A stretch of 64,000 bases of DNA from Methanobacteriota archaeon (GCA_027064425.1 JAMOPO010000015.1:192001-256000), one strand, 5' to 3'. Positions 38,085 to 48,409 are shown, counted from the first letter of the stretch. Translations and numbers: made by a program. Notes: generated by a model not told the origin, from the letters alone.

Positions 38085-38555
38085 TTACCGCGTCTCCCAC
38101 TGGAAGGTCACCGTCGTCCCGTCCACTTCCTCCTCCAGCTTCACCACGTCCAAGCCCTCGCGCCGCAGCCCCTCCAGGATCACTCCCTTGGTCACCACGC
38201 ACGCGCCCTCACCGCGGTCCGTGCGCTCCTGCCAGCCCAGCGTCTCGAGCACGTCCTCCAGCTCAACGCGCCCGTCCTCGACCTCGAAGTCGCCGATGAG
38301 GTCGTACTGCCTGATCAGGCTCAGCGCGTCCTCCAGGCACTCGATCTTCTTGCCCTCCGTCTCCTCGAGTATTTTCAGGAACTGCCGGCCCACTTCCATC
38401 ACGATGGGTTCCCACGAGTCACCTAGGTGCTCCAGCGCCGCCATCCGCAGCGCGCTCAGCAGTGCGAAGGCCAGCTTGCGGTGCTCGGGCTGCTCAGCCA
38501 GCTCCTCTGAGACGTCCGCGCGCAACCTTTTTTCACCCTCAAACACGGGTCCCAC
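38085..38555 (-). CDS. Hypothetical V4R-like protein
   Basis: Acidic ORF with ACVVTKGVILEG; strong AT-rich promoter upstream; start approximate. Confidence 0.7.
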   Translation of the reverse strand: MGPVFEGEKRLRADVSEELAEQPEHRKLAFALLSALRMAALEHLGDSWEPIVMEVGRQFLKILEETEGKKIECLEDALSLIRQYDLIGDFEVEDGRVELEDVLETLGWQERTDRGEGACVVTKGVILEGLRREGLDVVKLEEEVDGTTVTFQWETR

Positions 38556-38624
38556 CTGCCCCCCCCCGGAGAGGGTGCGCCGGCCGCGTCCGTCCTCCCT
38601 GCCCCCAACCTTACTACACGTTAG

Positions 38625-38660
38625 AGGGTTTAAATTTCTTTGATTATTCAATTAAAGGCT
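38625..38660 (-). promoter_or_regulatory. AT-rich promoter with palindromic operator-like element
   Basis: Minus-strand GAAATTTAAA (BRE-TATA) next to the near-palindrome TTGATTATTCAA. Confidence 0.55.
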
Positions 38661-38853
38661 AAGGGCCTCGCCGCCACTTCAGTGTAGTCTTCCGGATGGC
38701 TCTCTTGAAGTCCGGAAACGGATTCGTTTACGCGGCCGATACGGACTGGTGCCGGGAGGAGGCCCCGCCGATGATCGGGGGCACGGGGCCGAGGCCGTCC
38801 ACCGGCGACGGGACACCGTTAAGGAGGCCGCCGGGCCGAACTCGATGGGCGGG

Positions 38854-38903
38854 GTGAGGAGGCCGAGGAACGCCGATCGTGTGAGGAGGGTCGGTGTTGC
38901 CGA
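38854..38903 (+). ncRNA. Candidate C/D-box sRNA
   Basis: GTGAGGA-GGCCGAGGAACG-CCGA-tcgt-GTGAGGA-GGGTCGGTGTTG-CCGA. Confidence 0.72.
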
Positions 38904-39036
38904 CCGCCGCGCGAAGCAGTAAAACGACCCGTCAGAGTTCCCGGCCGGAGGCCGATGCGGAGTGGTCCCGCGGGGAGGGCCTACCCGATGACCACCGGGT
39001 TACGGTGCCGGAGGCCGCTCCCGGGAAACCGCCTTG

Positions 39037-39092
39037 ATGGGGACGCCGAGGGGTACTGAGACCAGAGGATGATGAGTGGCGGCGCGAACCGA
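39037..39092 (+). ncRNA. Candidate C/D-box sRNA
   Basis: ATGGGGA-CGCCGAGGGGTA-CTGA-spacer-ATGATGA-GTGGCGGCGCGAA-CCGA. Confidence 0.68.
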
Positions 39093-39120
39093 CCCTCCCG
39101 CTCTAACGCCGACGCGGGCG

Positions 39121-39181
39121 ATGACGAGTGTGGCCCCGGCGGCGGCATCACTGAGCTGATGACGACCTCGGAGCGCTCCGA
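39121..39181 (+). ncRNA. Candidate C/D-box sRNA
   Basis: ATGACGA-long guide-CTGA-gctg-ATGACGA-CCTCGGAGCGCT-CCGA. Confidence 0.68.
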
Positions 39182-39208
39182 GCCCCGCCCCGCGCTCCTC
39201 CTTTCAGG

Positions 39209-41392
39209 TCAGCCACCGAGAGTGGTGTAAAGGATGTAGTCCAGGAGCAAGGCCAGCGTGAACATCAGCGCGCCGACGGCTACCTCGGTCACTTCCCTGA
39301 GCGCGTCCAGCGGGTTCTCGCCCGCCAACAGCTTCTCCAGCATCCCCTCCAGCGTCACGAGCGCCAGCGCCACCGGCACGGCGATGATGACCTTAACGAG
39401 GAGCTCTTTCAGCCACGGCCGCCGAGACTCAACCACGGCGCCTCCGAGCAGCACCCCGGATTTGACCTTGTCGAACACCCACCACTCGAGGCCCGCCGCC
39501 CCAACCCTCCAGGCGGGGTCCCCGACCAGGCAGTGGCTCCCGGGAAGCACGGGCACGATCAGCCGGCGGTCGTTCATGGGAACGATGACCCGAAGGACGG
39601 CCAGCCGATCCTTAGGCAGGTCCACGCGCACCACCTGATACTTCAGCTTACCTAGTCCGGGAACGTCTGCGGTACCCTCGCGCACCACCGTCCAGCGAGC
39701 GGGTTGAGCTCCGGGCGCGTGCACGCCGGTGTACGCCTCCCGGTACGCGTCCCTGGGCACGGTCGCGCACCGCAGGATCCGGGCCCCAGCGGGCAGCGGC
39801 ACCTCCGGGACCGTGGCGACGACGTCGAGGAGCACCGCGTCCGCCCGCGCGAGCCGCAGCACGATCGTCTCCGGGCCCCGCGCGAGGTCCCGCAGCCGGC
39901 CGACCTGCAGGAGGTTCGTCTTCAGGAGGGCCCCGCCCGCCGCGTACCACGGGATGACCAGCACGTACAGGTCGGGGTGCAGGTTGCGCAGGAGCCGGGA
40001 GTCGTTGAGCCCGACGTACCACTGATCGCCCGCGCGGACGAGGCAGAGGTACCGTGGCAGGCCCTCGAGCAGGAGGTTGGCGGTGAGGCCGATCGGCAGA
40101 TACTCGCTGGACCGCAGCCGGAGGTACAGGAACGCGTCGTCATCGGTCCTCACATGGAGGGCCAGGGCGTTCTCGAGGAGCGGCTTGAGGATCCGGCCGA
40201 GCTGCGACTCCAGAAGGTACTCGGACCGAGTGCTGCACTCGAGCCCGCGCATCGAGACCACGTGGACCCACTCGGGCAGCCGGAGCGAGGCCCGCTCACT
40301 CGGCGGGCTGGGCGGGTGGTACCTCTCGCACCAGCGCTCCACGTCCTCAACTGAGCTCTGCGTCAGTACTATGTCCGCGGGCACGATCGCCGCCAACTCC
40401 AGGCTCAAGCGCGGCACGTACACGGTCCCCTCCACTCCGGGCCACAGCCGGAGGAGCACGTGTACCGCTCGGTCCCCGTCCCTCAGCACCACGAGCTGGT
40501 GGTCCAGGGGCTCCGGGCGTGGCAGGGGGAGGGAGTCGGCGTGCACCGACGCAGGCAGCGCTAGAACCGCCGAGAAGAGCACGACGATCGCCCACCGGCG
40601 CCGGCGGACCGGGGGCACGACCGGCGGTAGGACCAGCGCTCGCCGCTTGGAGTGTGAGGGCGGGACCTCGGGTCCGCCCCGGCTCACCGTGACGGGCTCC
40701 AGTCGCCCGCGCCTGAGGTCCTCGAGGCTCAGGGCGCACAGGCCCAGTCCCTCGAACGAGGCTCCGCGGTCCAGAAGGGCGCGGCCATCGTCGACCCATA
40801 GGACGTAGCTGTCCCTGACGTCCTCAGACTCGTTCTCGAACGAGACTCCGAGGTGGTAACCATCGTCCCCCGCCAGTAGCAGGTGCCCGTTGACGGCGCG
40901 CGCCCGCACCTCGACGACCAGGAGGCCACGGTCGACCCGCGCCTCCAGAACGGGGACGTCCACGTACCCTCGGTCCAGCAGGTCGCCGAACGCGCGCCGC
41001 ACGCCCTCCGGGAACCCTTCGACCGGAACCCTGACGTACCAGCCCCGGTCGACGTACACGCCGGTTTCCCGCCACTCGATCCGGCGGTGAGTGGTCCGCC
41101 AACCGTGCACCGCGTGCTTCGACCACTCGGATTTGGGCGGCAGCTTCAGCTCGCCGTGAGAGCTCGACCTCAGCTCGCTCTCGGAGAACCAGTACACGCC
41201 CAGCACCTCCGAGTTGAGCGGCAGGAGGACCCGAACCGTGTCCGATTCCGACACGTGCACCAGGTACAGGAGGTCCGCGTGGTCGCCGCTCGGGACCCCC
41301 TCAAAGAACACGTCTACTTGGTCGGCGGTGCCCGGGACGAGGACCGTGAATGTCGCCAAAAGGACGGCGATCGTGGTCGCCCGGGAGGCCAT
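39209..41392 (-). CDS. Secreted/membrane protein, apparently two fused exported modules
   Basis: N-terminal signal; internal LVLPPVVPPVRRRR followed by a second signal peptide; two C-terminal TM helices. Confidence 0.75.
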   Translation of the reverse strand: MASRATTIAVLLATFTVLVPGTADQVDVFFEGVPSGDHADLLYLVHVSESDTVRVLLPLNSEVLGVYWFSESELRSSSHGELKLPPKSEWSKHAVHGWRTTHRRIEWRETGVYVDRGWYVRVPVEGFPEGVRRAFGDLLDRGYVDVPVLEARVDRGLLVVEVRARAVNGHLLLAGDDGYHLGVSFENESEDVRDSYVLWVDDGRALLDRGASFEGLGLCALSLEDLRRGRLEPVTVSRGGPEVPPSHSKRRALVLPPVVPPVRRRRWAIVVLFSAVLALPASVHADSLPLPRPEPLDHQLVVLRDGDRAVHVLLRLWPGVEGTVYVPRLSLELAAIVPADIVLTQSSVEDVERWCERYHPPSPPSERASLRLPEWVHVVSMRGLECSTRSEYLLESQLGRILKPLLENALALHVRTDDDAFLYLRLRSSEYLPIGLTANLLLEGLPRYLCLVRAGDQWYVGLNDSRLLRNLHPDLYVLVIPWYAAGGALLKTNLLQVGRLRDLARGPETIVLRLARADAVLLDVVATVPEVPLPAGARILRCATVPRDAYREAYTGVHAPGAQPARWTVVREGTADVPGLGKLKYQVVRVDLPKDRLAVLRVIVPMNDRRLIVPVLPGSHCLVGDPAWRVGAAGLEWWVFDKVKSGVLLGGAVVESRRPWLKELLVKVIIAVPVALALVTLEGMLEKLLAGENPLDALREVTEVAVGALMFTLALLLDYILYTTLGG

Positions 41393-41627
41393 CGCGCGGG
41401 CCCCCGGCCCGCCTGCAACGTCAGGTTCATTTAACTTACTGTCAAGTCCACTGGCCGGCAGGAGAGGACCGGTCGCGTGGGTGCCACATCACCGAGGCCC
41501 GCACCACTCGTTCGACCCCGGACCGAATGAGCCGACGCCGAAGCGGTGCGTTGAACCTCCGGAGACGAAAGCTACCCTTCCGTTTCGTCGAGTCGCGATC
41601 GTCCCCACCGGCGAGCCTCTGGGGGCG

Positions 41628-42523
41628 GTGAAAGTCACGGTGTACGGGTGCGGGACGAGAGCAAGGCCGTGAAGCTGGTCGAGAATCGTCTGAGGGTAGA
41701 TTACGAGCTACCGCTGGGCGGCGCGCACCTGGCGTATCGGGCGGCGGAGGCCGGGCGCGATGCGGTCCTGTGCGGTCCGAAGCTTGACCTCTCGGAGGGG
41801 TCGAAGGAGCGATTGGAGTCAGTCGGTGTGGGGCTCGAGACGGGCGACAGCGTGTAGGTGCGGGGCATGGTGAGGTGTACGTACACCCCGTTCGGGTGCA
41901 CGGTAGAGATCGCCAGGAGGTTAATCGACGACGTCCGCGAGGGAGCCGTTCTCCGCACGACGTGCACGTGCCCACCGACCGCCCTGCACCACGACCTAGA
42001 GCGCGAGCCTCGCACGGATCGGGAGGACGCTGGTGCCTCCTCCTTTCACCCTGCCGGGATCCCGGGCACGGAAACTCGAGACCTGGTACTGGTGGCAGAC
42101 GCGCGAGCCGAAGGGTCAGGGATCGAGCTGTCGTCGGAGGAGCAAGTCGAGCGGTGTACCGACTTGGCGGAGGACATGAAGTACGGCGTCTACGTCTTGG
42201 ACCCCGAGATCGCTCCGCTCATCAAGGACATGTCCATAGTTCTCACCGTGAGGGCAGTCCAGGCGATCTGCAACTACCTCCAGGTGGATTTGCGGTGCTC
42301 CCACCGGGATGATCGAGGAGCAAGTGGAAGAGAGATGCCATCCACCATGGCGTACTCGGTCGGCAAGCACGGGATGGACGCGCTCGACAAGATTGATGGG
42401 GAGGCGCTGCTGAAGTCACTACGGAACATGGCACTCACGGAGGGCATCGAGCGAGTTGTGGACTTTTCAAGCGGTGCCACCCGGACTCCATCAACGGTGA
42501 CCGAGGGAGCATGCGAGAGCTGA
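41628..42523 (+). pseudogene. HmdII/HmdIII (H2-forming methylene-H4MPT dehydrogenase-related) pseudogene
   Basis: MKVTVYGCG, then a frameshift to ELPLGG..AAEAG, an in-frame TAG at 41855-41857, then TPFG.TVEIA, TCTCPP and SSFHPAGIPGT, matching the HmdII family. Confidence 0.8.
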
Positions 42524-42673
42524 GTTCCATGATGGTGCCTCCGGACAATCTGGTGGACGAGTTCGAGAGATCGTGGAAGAAGCTCCGGTCCAGTACGTTC
42601 GCCGGAAGTTTTCGAGGAGCGGTGCTGGAGCTTCCGTTCGGCCAGCGCAGCGGTGAGGCCACCTCGCTCGGTC

Positions 42674-43118
42674 CTAACCCAATCTAAGCGCCCCAGGTCG
42701 CTTCCATGTCGGGTCGCAGTCGACCCGGATTCTGATTACCTCTTCTTCGATGGCGTTGGTCGCGGTCCCGCCCCTGGTTTCACCTTCCGGTCCTGAACGC
42801 CGTGTAACGCACCGTCGCGTTGTGGAGGGGCCAAAGCGCGCCATCCTGACGCTCACGGCCGACTCGTTGGAGGAGGAGTCAGCCCGGCAACGCCTCGGCG
42901 TTGAGCGCGTGCACGCCTCCATTCGCCCGACCTGCCGACGTAAAGGTTGGTGAGAGATCGCGTCCGGGGTACTGCTCACCAGTGACGGCACGTCCACGAG
43001 GGCTTACCGCCTCTGCCCAAGCCACATGTGCCTGGTGCTGCACTTCCATTCCCTGGAGGCGAGGATTACGTGCCATCTTGTCCGAGTCCTGCTTCGGTTC
43101 CATGTGGCACCGCCTCAC
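42674..43118 (-). pseudogene. Heavily degraded TruA-like tRNA pseudouridine synthase relic
   Basis: FTSAGRANGGVHAL resembles TruA motif II (AGRTDxGVHA) with the catalytic Asp lost; fragments lie in different frames. Confidence 0.4.
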
Positions 43119-43405
43119 TTCTTAATCGGGGAAGCTACCGGCACGGGTCGTAAGCTCGCAAATGAGAGGCGACTCCTCTTCCGACTGGGGGTTTAGGCGA
43201 GGACGCAGCCTTTGGCCTTGGTCAGGTGAGACGTGTTGGATGCCCTCTCTGCAGCCTGAGGACAGGAGGCACGTAGCCGAGTCATTCACCATCGGGGCAC
43301 GCTGAAATCATCCACGCATAACGGGCTCGACCCCGGCGACTACCGCGAGCGCCGAGGTCCGTGACTATTTCAAGCATGGCTCGACCGTCACGTCCGGGGA
43401 TCCCG

Positions 43406-44701
43406 GTGCGGGTCCTACCGATCGCGGTGCTCCTGCTTACCCTCCCGGTGGCCGCCCAGGCGCTTCAGCCCGAGGTCCTGTGGAAGGAGGAGTTCCCCGA
43501 CTGCCCCGGAAGCGGCTTCGTCCACCTGGTGCCCATCGAGGGCAAGGACAACGCGGCGCTGCTCGTCGTCCGCACGCCGGAGCGCTGGTCGCTGTACGAG
43601 GTGAGGGCCCAAGGGGTCACGCACCTCGGGGACGTCAGTCTGGGCACGCCTAGGTCCACGGCGGTCGAGGGAGCCGCGTACCTACCGGACCGAGGCGAGC
43701 TGCTGATCGCGGCCGTGGTTGGTGAGGAGGAGGCTGGTCCGGCCGGCTGCGCCCTAGCGGTCAGCCTCCGGCGCAGCGGGACCGACGTCCGAAGGTTCGA
43801 TGGCCCCTACCTCGCAGCCAGACCGTGCCCGGATGGGACGGTTCTGGCGCTGCTTTACGAGGGACACGAGTTCCTCGAGGACAAGGGCGTCCACCGCTAC
43901 ACGCTGACCCTGACGCGCCTGCACCCGGACGGTCGCGCGGAGCGGTTGGTAACGTTCGAAGTCCTCTCCACGCTGCCGCCGGGCACCGTGTCGATTCCAG
44001 GCACGCTTCGGATCGAGCCCTTCGGCGACGGCTACTTGATCACGGGCTCGGGCCTCGTGGGCCTGGTCGAACTCAGGAGGACGGCGTCCGGCTGGGAGCC
44101 GGACTGCATCATCCCACCGGACAACTTCGGCCGCGAGAGGCCCGTCCAGTACTTCCAGAACTCGGTCGTCCTGGACCCGTCGGAGCGGCTGATACTCGCC
44201 CGTGTGGCCGAGATCGCGAACCCGGAGATCGGGGACTGGGTGGTCTGCAGGCCCAGCCCGCAGGGCGGTGTCCCGGAGGAGCTGCGGCGGGTGAACCTAG
44301 GAGAGATCCTCTCCTTCCTGCAGACAGGGGTCAGGCTGAGGGTCGACGGGATGGTGTACCGCGTGGTGCCGGCCATCGGACCCTCCTCGGCCGAACTCTT
44401 GATCCTCGGGTCCGGCACGACCCAGGTGTGGGAGGTGCCAGGGTTCCAGGAGCTGGCGGTGACCCCGAGGTTGTACGGTGTCAGAGTCTCCGAAAACGGG
44501 GCGGGCGGATGTACAGTGGAGGTCTGCGCGTTCAAGCCCTCAAGGAGTGAGGAGTGGCTGGCGCCCCTGTTTGGCGGCGCTGGGGAGGGGACCGGGGAGA
44601 GGAGAGTGAGAGGAAGGGAGAGCAGGAGGGGTGAGGGCGGGAAGAGCGGCGGAGTGATGGTCGTCCCGGCGGTCCCACCGCGACGTCCTCGGCGGTCGTG
44701 A
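43406..44701 (+). CDS. Secreted beta-rich protein with Pro/Arg C-terminal tail
   Basis: Signal VRVLPIAVLLLTLPVAAQA; ends GGVMVVPAVPPRRPRRS. Confidence 0.8.
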   Translation: MRVLPIAVLLLTLPVAAQALQPEVLWKEEFPDCPGSGFVHLVPIEGKDNAALLVVRTPERWSLYEVRAQGVTHLGDVSLGTPRSTAVEGAAYLPDRGELLIAAVVGEEEAGPAGCALAVSLRRSGTDVRRFDGPYLAARPCPDGTVLALLYEGHEFLEDKGVHRYTLTLTRLHPDGRAERLVTFEVLSTLPPGTVSIPGTLRIEPFGDGYLITGSGLVGLVELRRTASGWEPDCIIPPDNFGRERPVQYFQNSVVLDPSERLILARVAEIANPEIGDWVVCRPSPQGGVPEELRRVNLGEILSFLQTGVRLRVDGMVYRVVPAIGPSSAELLILGSGTTQVWEVPGFQELAVTPRLYGVRVSENGAGGCTVEVCAFKPSRSEEWLAPLFGGAGEGTGERRVRGRESRRGEGGKSGGVMVVPAVPPRRPRRS

Positions 44702-44900
44702 ACCGAATGCCCGGGAGCCTACCACCCTCAACCTTCACCCACTTGTTTTTCCGAGAATTATCTTCGAGCCTGGGCGTGAGATGCCCAGCATCGTGCCCGC
44801 CCGTCCCGGTCACGCGGTCCTCCGTGTCCCCAACCCCGGAAGACACGGGTCGGACGTCATTCCAGTGCGGTAAATCCACATCCACAGCGACCGGCGCGGA

Positions 44901-46195
44901 GTGAGGGTGGTACGGAGCGCCCCAATTCACGCTATTTCCGTCCAGCTGGATCTCCGGGCTGGTTCCGGTGACTGGGCGGAAAGGGGACGGGGCGTACGTT
45001 TCGGTGCTGATAAACAGGTACCTCGACGAGCACAAGGGTCCGAAGATCGAGCTCTGGTTGCTGAAGTACAACGCATGGGAACGGCGGGTGTCGGTGGGAC
45101 CGGTGTACGGAAAAATTAACGTGTCCGAGCTCAACCCGGAGGATCCGGGATGCTACTTCGAGCCCATCGGTGCCGTGCACGACGCCGAACACGGCCAGCT
45201 GACCATAGCGGTCTCAACCAGGCGCATGCCGGTGCTGGCCATGAGAGTGAAGGCCGGAGCGTCCCCCGAGCTCGTGGACGTGAAGGCCGGTACAGGCTCG
45301 GCTCGTCAGGCTGTACCTGGACTCCGGGGAACGGGAGGTGCTCGCGGAGTTCACGGTGACGCACCCGCCCTACACCAACTCCGGTCACCCGAACCTCGGC
45401 AGGTGCAAGGACGGGTACGTCGTCACGTTCCTCGACGTTCCGGACCGGGCCGTGCTCGTCCGCAGAACCTCCTCAGGCTGGAAGACCGTAACGCTGAGAG
45501 TCCCAGAGGGCTGGGAGTTCGTTGCCTACGGGAAAACAGGTGGAGCAGGCCCGCCGCAGGCGACTACATCTTCCTGCTGAAGCGCGACTCCGACGGGAGG
45601 TCTGAGGTGTCGTCGCGAGCGTCAGCGCGAGCGGTGAGGACCTCCCATACATCGACGTCGTCACGACGACGCTCCCATCAGGAAAGCGTGTCGACTGGCT
45701 AGCATTCGTCGCCTGGGAGGCTGACGGGGACACCCTTAGGCTCGGGTACCTGAAGTGGACTGGCGGAAGGCCGGAGTTCCACCCGATAGGGGAGGTGCGC
45801 GCTGAATACAGGTTCGACTATTGGTTCATGGCCGGCCCGATCCTGCTGACGAGCGAGGGATTACGCCTGGTAAAGGCCGAGCCCGAGCCGGGAGACCTCC
45901 AGGTGGCGTGGGTGAGACCGGACTCATACGAAGTGCGCCTGGGTGAGGAGCTCCGGACGCTTCCCGCGACTGTGCTGGGATGGGACGTGGACGTGGGCGA
46001 GCTGGATGGGACCTTCCTCATAAAGAATGAGGACACCGAGCAGCGAGTCGTGGCCGTTATACGTGGCTCTTGGCCCGTTTTTCGTGCTGGAAAAGAGGTT
46101 GGAGCCGCCCGCGGAGCGACCACCCGGGAAGACGGGTGGTGGCAGCGGTACCAGTCGTAGCCGTCGTCCCCATCCCCAAACGGTCCAAAGCGTAA
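44901..46195 (+). pseudogene. Frameshifted secreted beta-rich protein
   Basis: Consecutive coding-like fragments in alternating frames ending VAAVPVVAVVPIPKRSKA*. Confidence 0.55.
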
Positions 46196-46276
46196 ACCAT
46201 CGCTGACCGGCCGGAGCCCCGCCGACGCGCCCGCATCCCGGAACGAAGGTGGAGGCGAGGGGAGGGCGGAAGGGGA

Positions 46277-48163
46277 TCAGGTGCGGACCCAGCGCCTCGG
46301 CGGGATCACCGGCGGTACGAGGACTGGGAACTTTCGCACGCCACCCTGGTCACCTTGACCCTGCTGACCTCCCTCTGAGGACTGCTTACCCTGATGACGA
46401 CCCGGCTGGCCCTTGCCTTCATGGCCTCCCTGGCCCGGCTGGCCCTGGTTCTGGTCCGCCTGCTGACCTCCTCCCTGACCACCCTGCTCGCTGCCCTGCC
46501 CGCCGCCAACGGCCTTCGTTAGTCGAACCTCGAGCTCGTACTGACGATCGACTGAGATCCACATCCGGGGCTCGCACGTGCGGTGCAGGTACCTCTCCGG
46601 TACCGAGGCCACCAGCGGTGCCGAGTACCTCAGAACCAGCTTGTACTCGCCCGGCTCGATTCTCGTTCGCGGGACCAGCTCCAGAGTGACGGTCCACCGG
46701 TCACCCTCCCTCCCAAGCTTCACATACTCGGACACCGCTACGGTGCTACCCGACGCGTCTCGGAGCTCCGCGGTCACCGCCGCCAGCGAGCCCCTGCTCG
46801 CGAAGCCCTCGACGCCCAGCATCACCTTCAGCCGGTCCAGCCCAACCTCCACCTTCTCGACCTTGAACTCCGGCCTCACGACCAGCAGTCCGACCTCTTC
46901 CAGCTTGCCGTCCTCCCCGCCTTCCACCAGCACGAACGGGGCGAACACCTCCAGACGCCTCCCGTACGGATCACGGAACTCGTACTCGTCGACCACCTTA
47001 CCCTCAACGGCGTCGATGAGCCACACTCTGGCGCCTCTCGACCCCCATGCAACCAGGAACTTCACGCTGTCCTCCGAGCCCTTGTCGAACCTAGGTATCC
47101 CCGGCGCCAGGAGCGGTGCCAGCGCTTCGATGGGCTCATCTGACACCAGGCGCCCCCTCATGACGTCGTACAGCTCGCTGCTCACCACTTTTCCATCGCG
47201 TTCCACCGGGTTCCAGTACCTCACGAGCACGTACGGACCTCTCACCATCACGTACATGCCCGTTCCCTTGACGGTTGCGAGCGTTCCCTCACGGACGAGC
47301 CCTGGATGATAAGGGTCAGTAATATCGTAAATGCGGTACTTGACGTCGTAGTAACGCGCATTCTCGGCGGCGCGCTCGGTGACCCAAACCACGAGGAGGT
47401 ACGTCCTCCCGCCGGCGCCGAACACGTCGTACGCCGCCAGGTATGGGTCCGTCAGCACCCGGCTGGCGCACTTCACCCTCCCGGACGGCGCATCTTCCGG
47501 GAACTTGACTGGCACTCCCACAAGGTCCTCGACCAGTACTCTGGGCCTCGTGATCACCCGCTTGATCACAATCTTACCGTTCTTCCTGTCGTAGAAGGGC
47601 ACCAGCACTGTGCGGTCGTCGAGAGCCACCGGCGGTCCGAAGTTGAAGCCGTAGAACACGCTAGCGTCGATGTCAACGTCGTCCCAGAGGTCCACACCGT
47701 CGAGCACCCCGCGCCAGTGGAGGTCCACGTCGCTGGAGTAGTAAGGGCAGTACTTGTTGATCTCCTCAAAGTAGCTGAGGCGTCCGGGTATCCCGAAGTA
47801 AACACCGTACGAAGCACCCGTGTCACATACTATCCCGCTGCCGTCCAACTTGGGCGTCAGCTTGTACCTGTCCACGAGCACACTGTTACCGGATTTATGC
47901 TTGTTCATGGCTAATCTTAAGGCGGGAACTAGCGTTCCTGTTCCCCTGCGCTTCTCCAACCACTCCGTAGTATAGGTGCTCACGATCGCCTTATCATCAT
48001 AGTTATAGTACCTGTATTCAAGCGCGCACCAACCGTGGATGAGGGGCTGTCTGGGGATCCCCAGCTCATCGCACCTCGTCATGTGCACGATCTCCAACGC
48101 CGCCAGACCCGGAGTAGGAAGGATCAGTAGGGCGACTAACACCGCGGGGCTGGGACCTCGCAC
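46277..48163 (-). CDS. Secreted surface protein with Gly/Gln linker and Pro/Arg tail
   Basis: Signal peptide; GGQG-rich linker at about 46340-46510; ends RKFPVLVPPVIPPRRWVRT. Confidence 0.85.
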   Translation of the reverse strand: MRGPSPAVLVALLILPTPGLAALEIVHMTRCDELGIPRQPLIHGWCALEYRYYNYDDKAIVSTYTTEWLEKRRGTGTLVPALRLAMNKHKSGNSVLVDRYKLTPKLDGSGIVCDTGASYGVYFGIPGRLSYFEEINKYCPYYSSDVDLHWRGVLDGVDLWDDVDIDASVFYGFNFGPPVALDDRTVLVPFYDRKNGKIVIKRVITRPRVLVEDLVGVPVKFPEDAPSGRVKCASRVLTDPYLAAYDVFGAGGRTYLLVVWVTERAAENARYYDVKYRIYDITDPYHPGLVREGTLATVKGTGMYVMVRGPYVLVRYWNPVERDGKVVSSELYDVMRGRLVSDEPIEALAPLLAPGIPRFDKGSEDSVKFLVAWGSRGARVWLIDAVEGKVVDEYEFRDPYGRRLEVFAPFVLVEGGEDGKLEEVGLLVVRPEFKVEKVEVGLDRLKVMLGVEGFASRGSLAAVTAELRDASGSTVAVSEYVKLGREGDRWTVTLELVPRTRIEPGEYKLVLRYSAPLVASVPERYLHRTCEPRMWISVDRQYELEVRLTKAVGGGQGSEQGGQGGGQQADQNQGQPGQGGHEGKGQPGRHQGKQSSEGGQQGQGDQGGVRKFPVLVPPVIPPRRWVRT

Positions 48164-48409
48164 GCTTCACAACCCCCGAGCAGGGCTCCGTCCCCCACCG
48201 GAAGACCATACTATCTATACGCATTGAGTAATATCACGGTTCGGAAGGTACTAGAACGTTATATGATTTCGTGGATCGGAATACACGACGGACGTGCACG
48301 GCGCGCCGGCGCGGTGGACGAGAGGGCCGTAGTTCGCCTCTGGAACGCGAAGGTACCGGGTGGCTGGACTGGGGTAATCCACGAGCCTCGGGAGGATTTC
48401 GGCGGGGGT

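Noticed and set aside
38660-39208. RNase P RNA, SRP RNA or riboswitch
   Set aside because: Conserved RNase P (GAGGAAAGUCC) and SRP helix 8 motifs were not found; C/D boxes explain much of the region.
41855-41857. Pyrrolysine read-through in the Hmd-like gene
   Set aside because: It is accompanied by a frameshift and motif decay, so a pseudogene is more parsimonious.
48224-48256. Second NikR-like box (ATTGAGTAATAT...GTACTAG)
   Set aside because: The left half resembles the 22963 site, but spacing (15) and the right half fit poorly; insufficient support.
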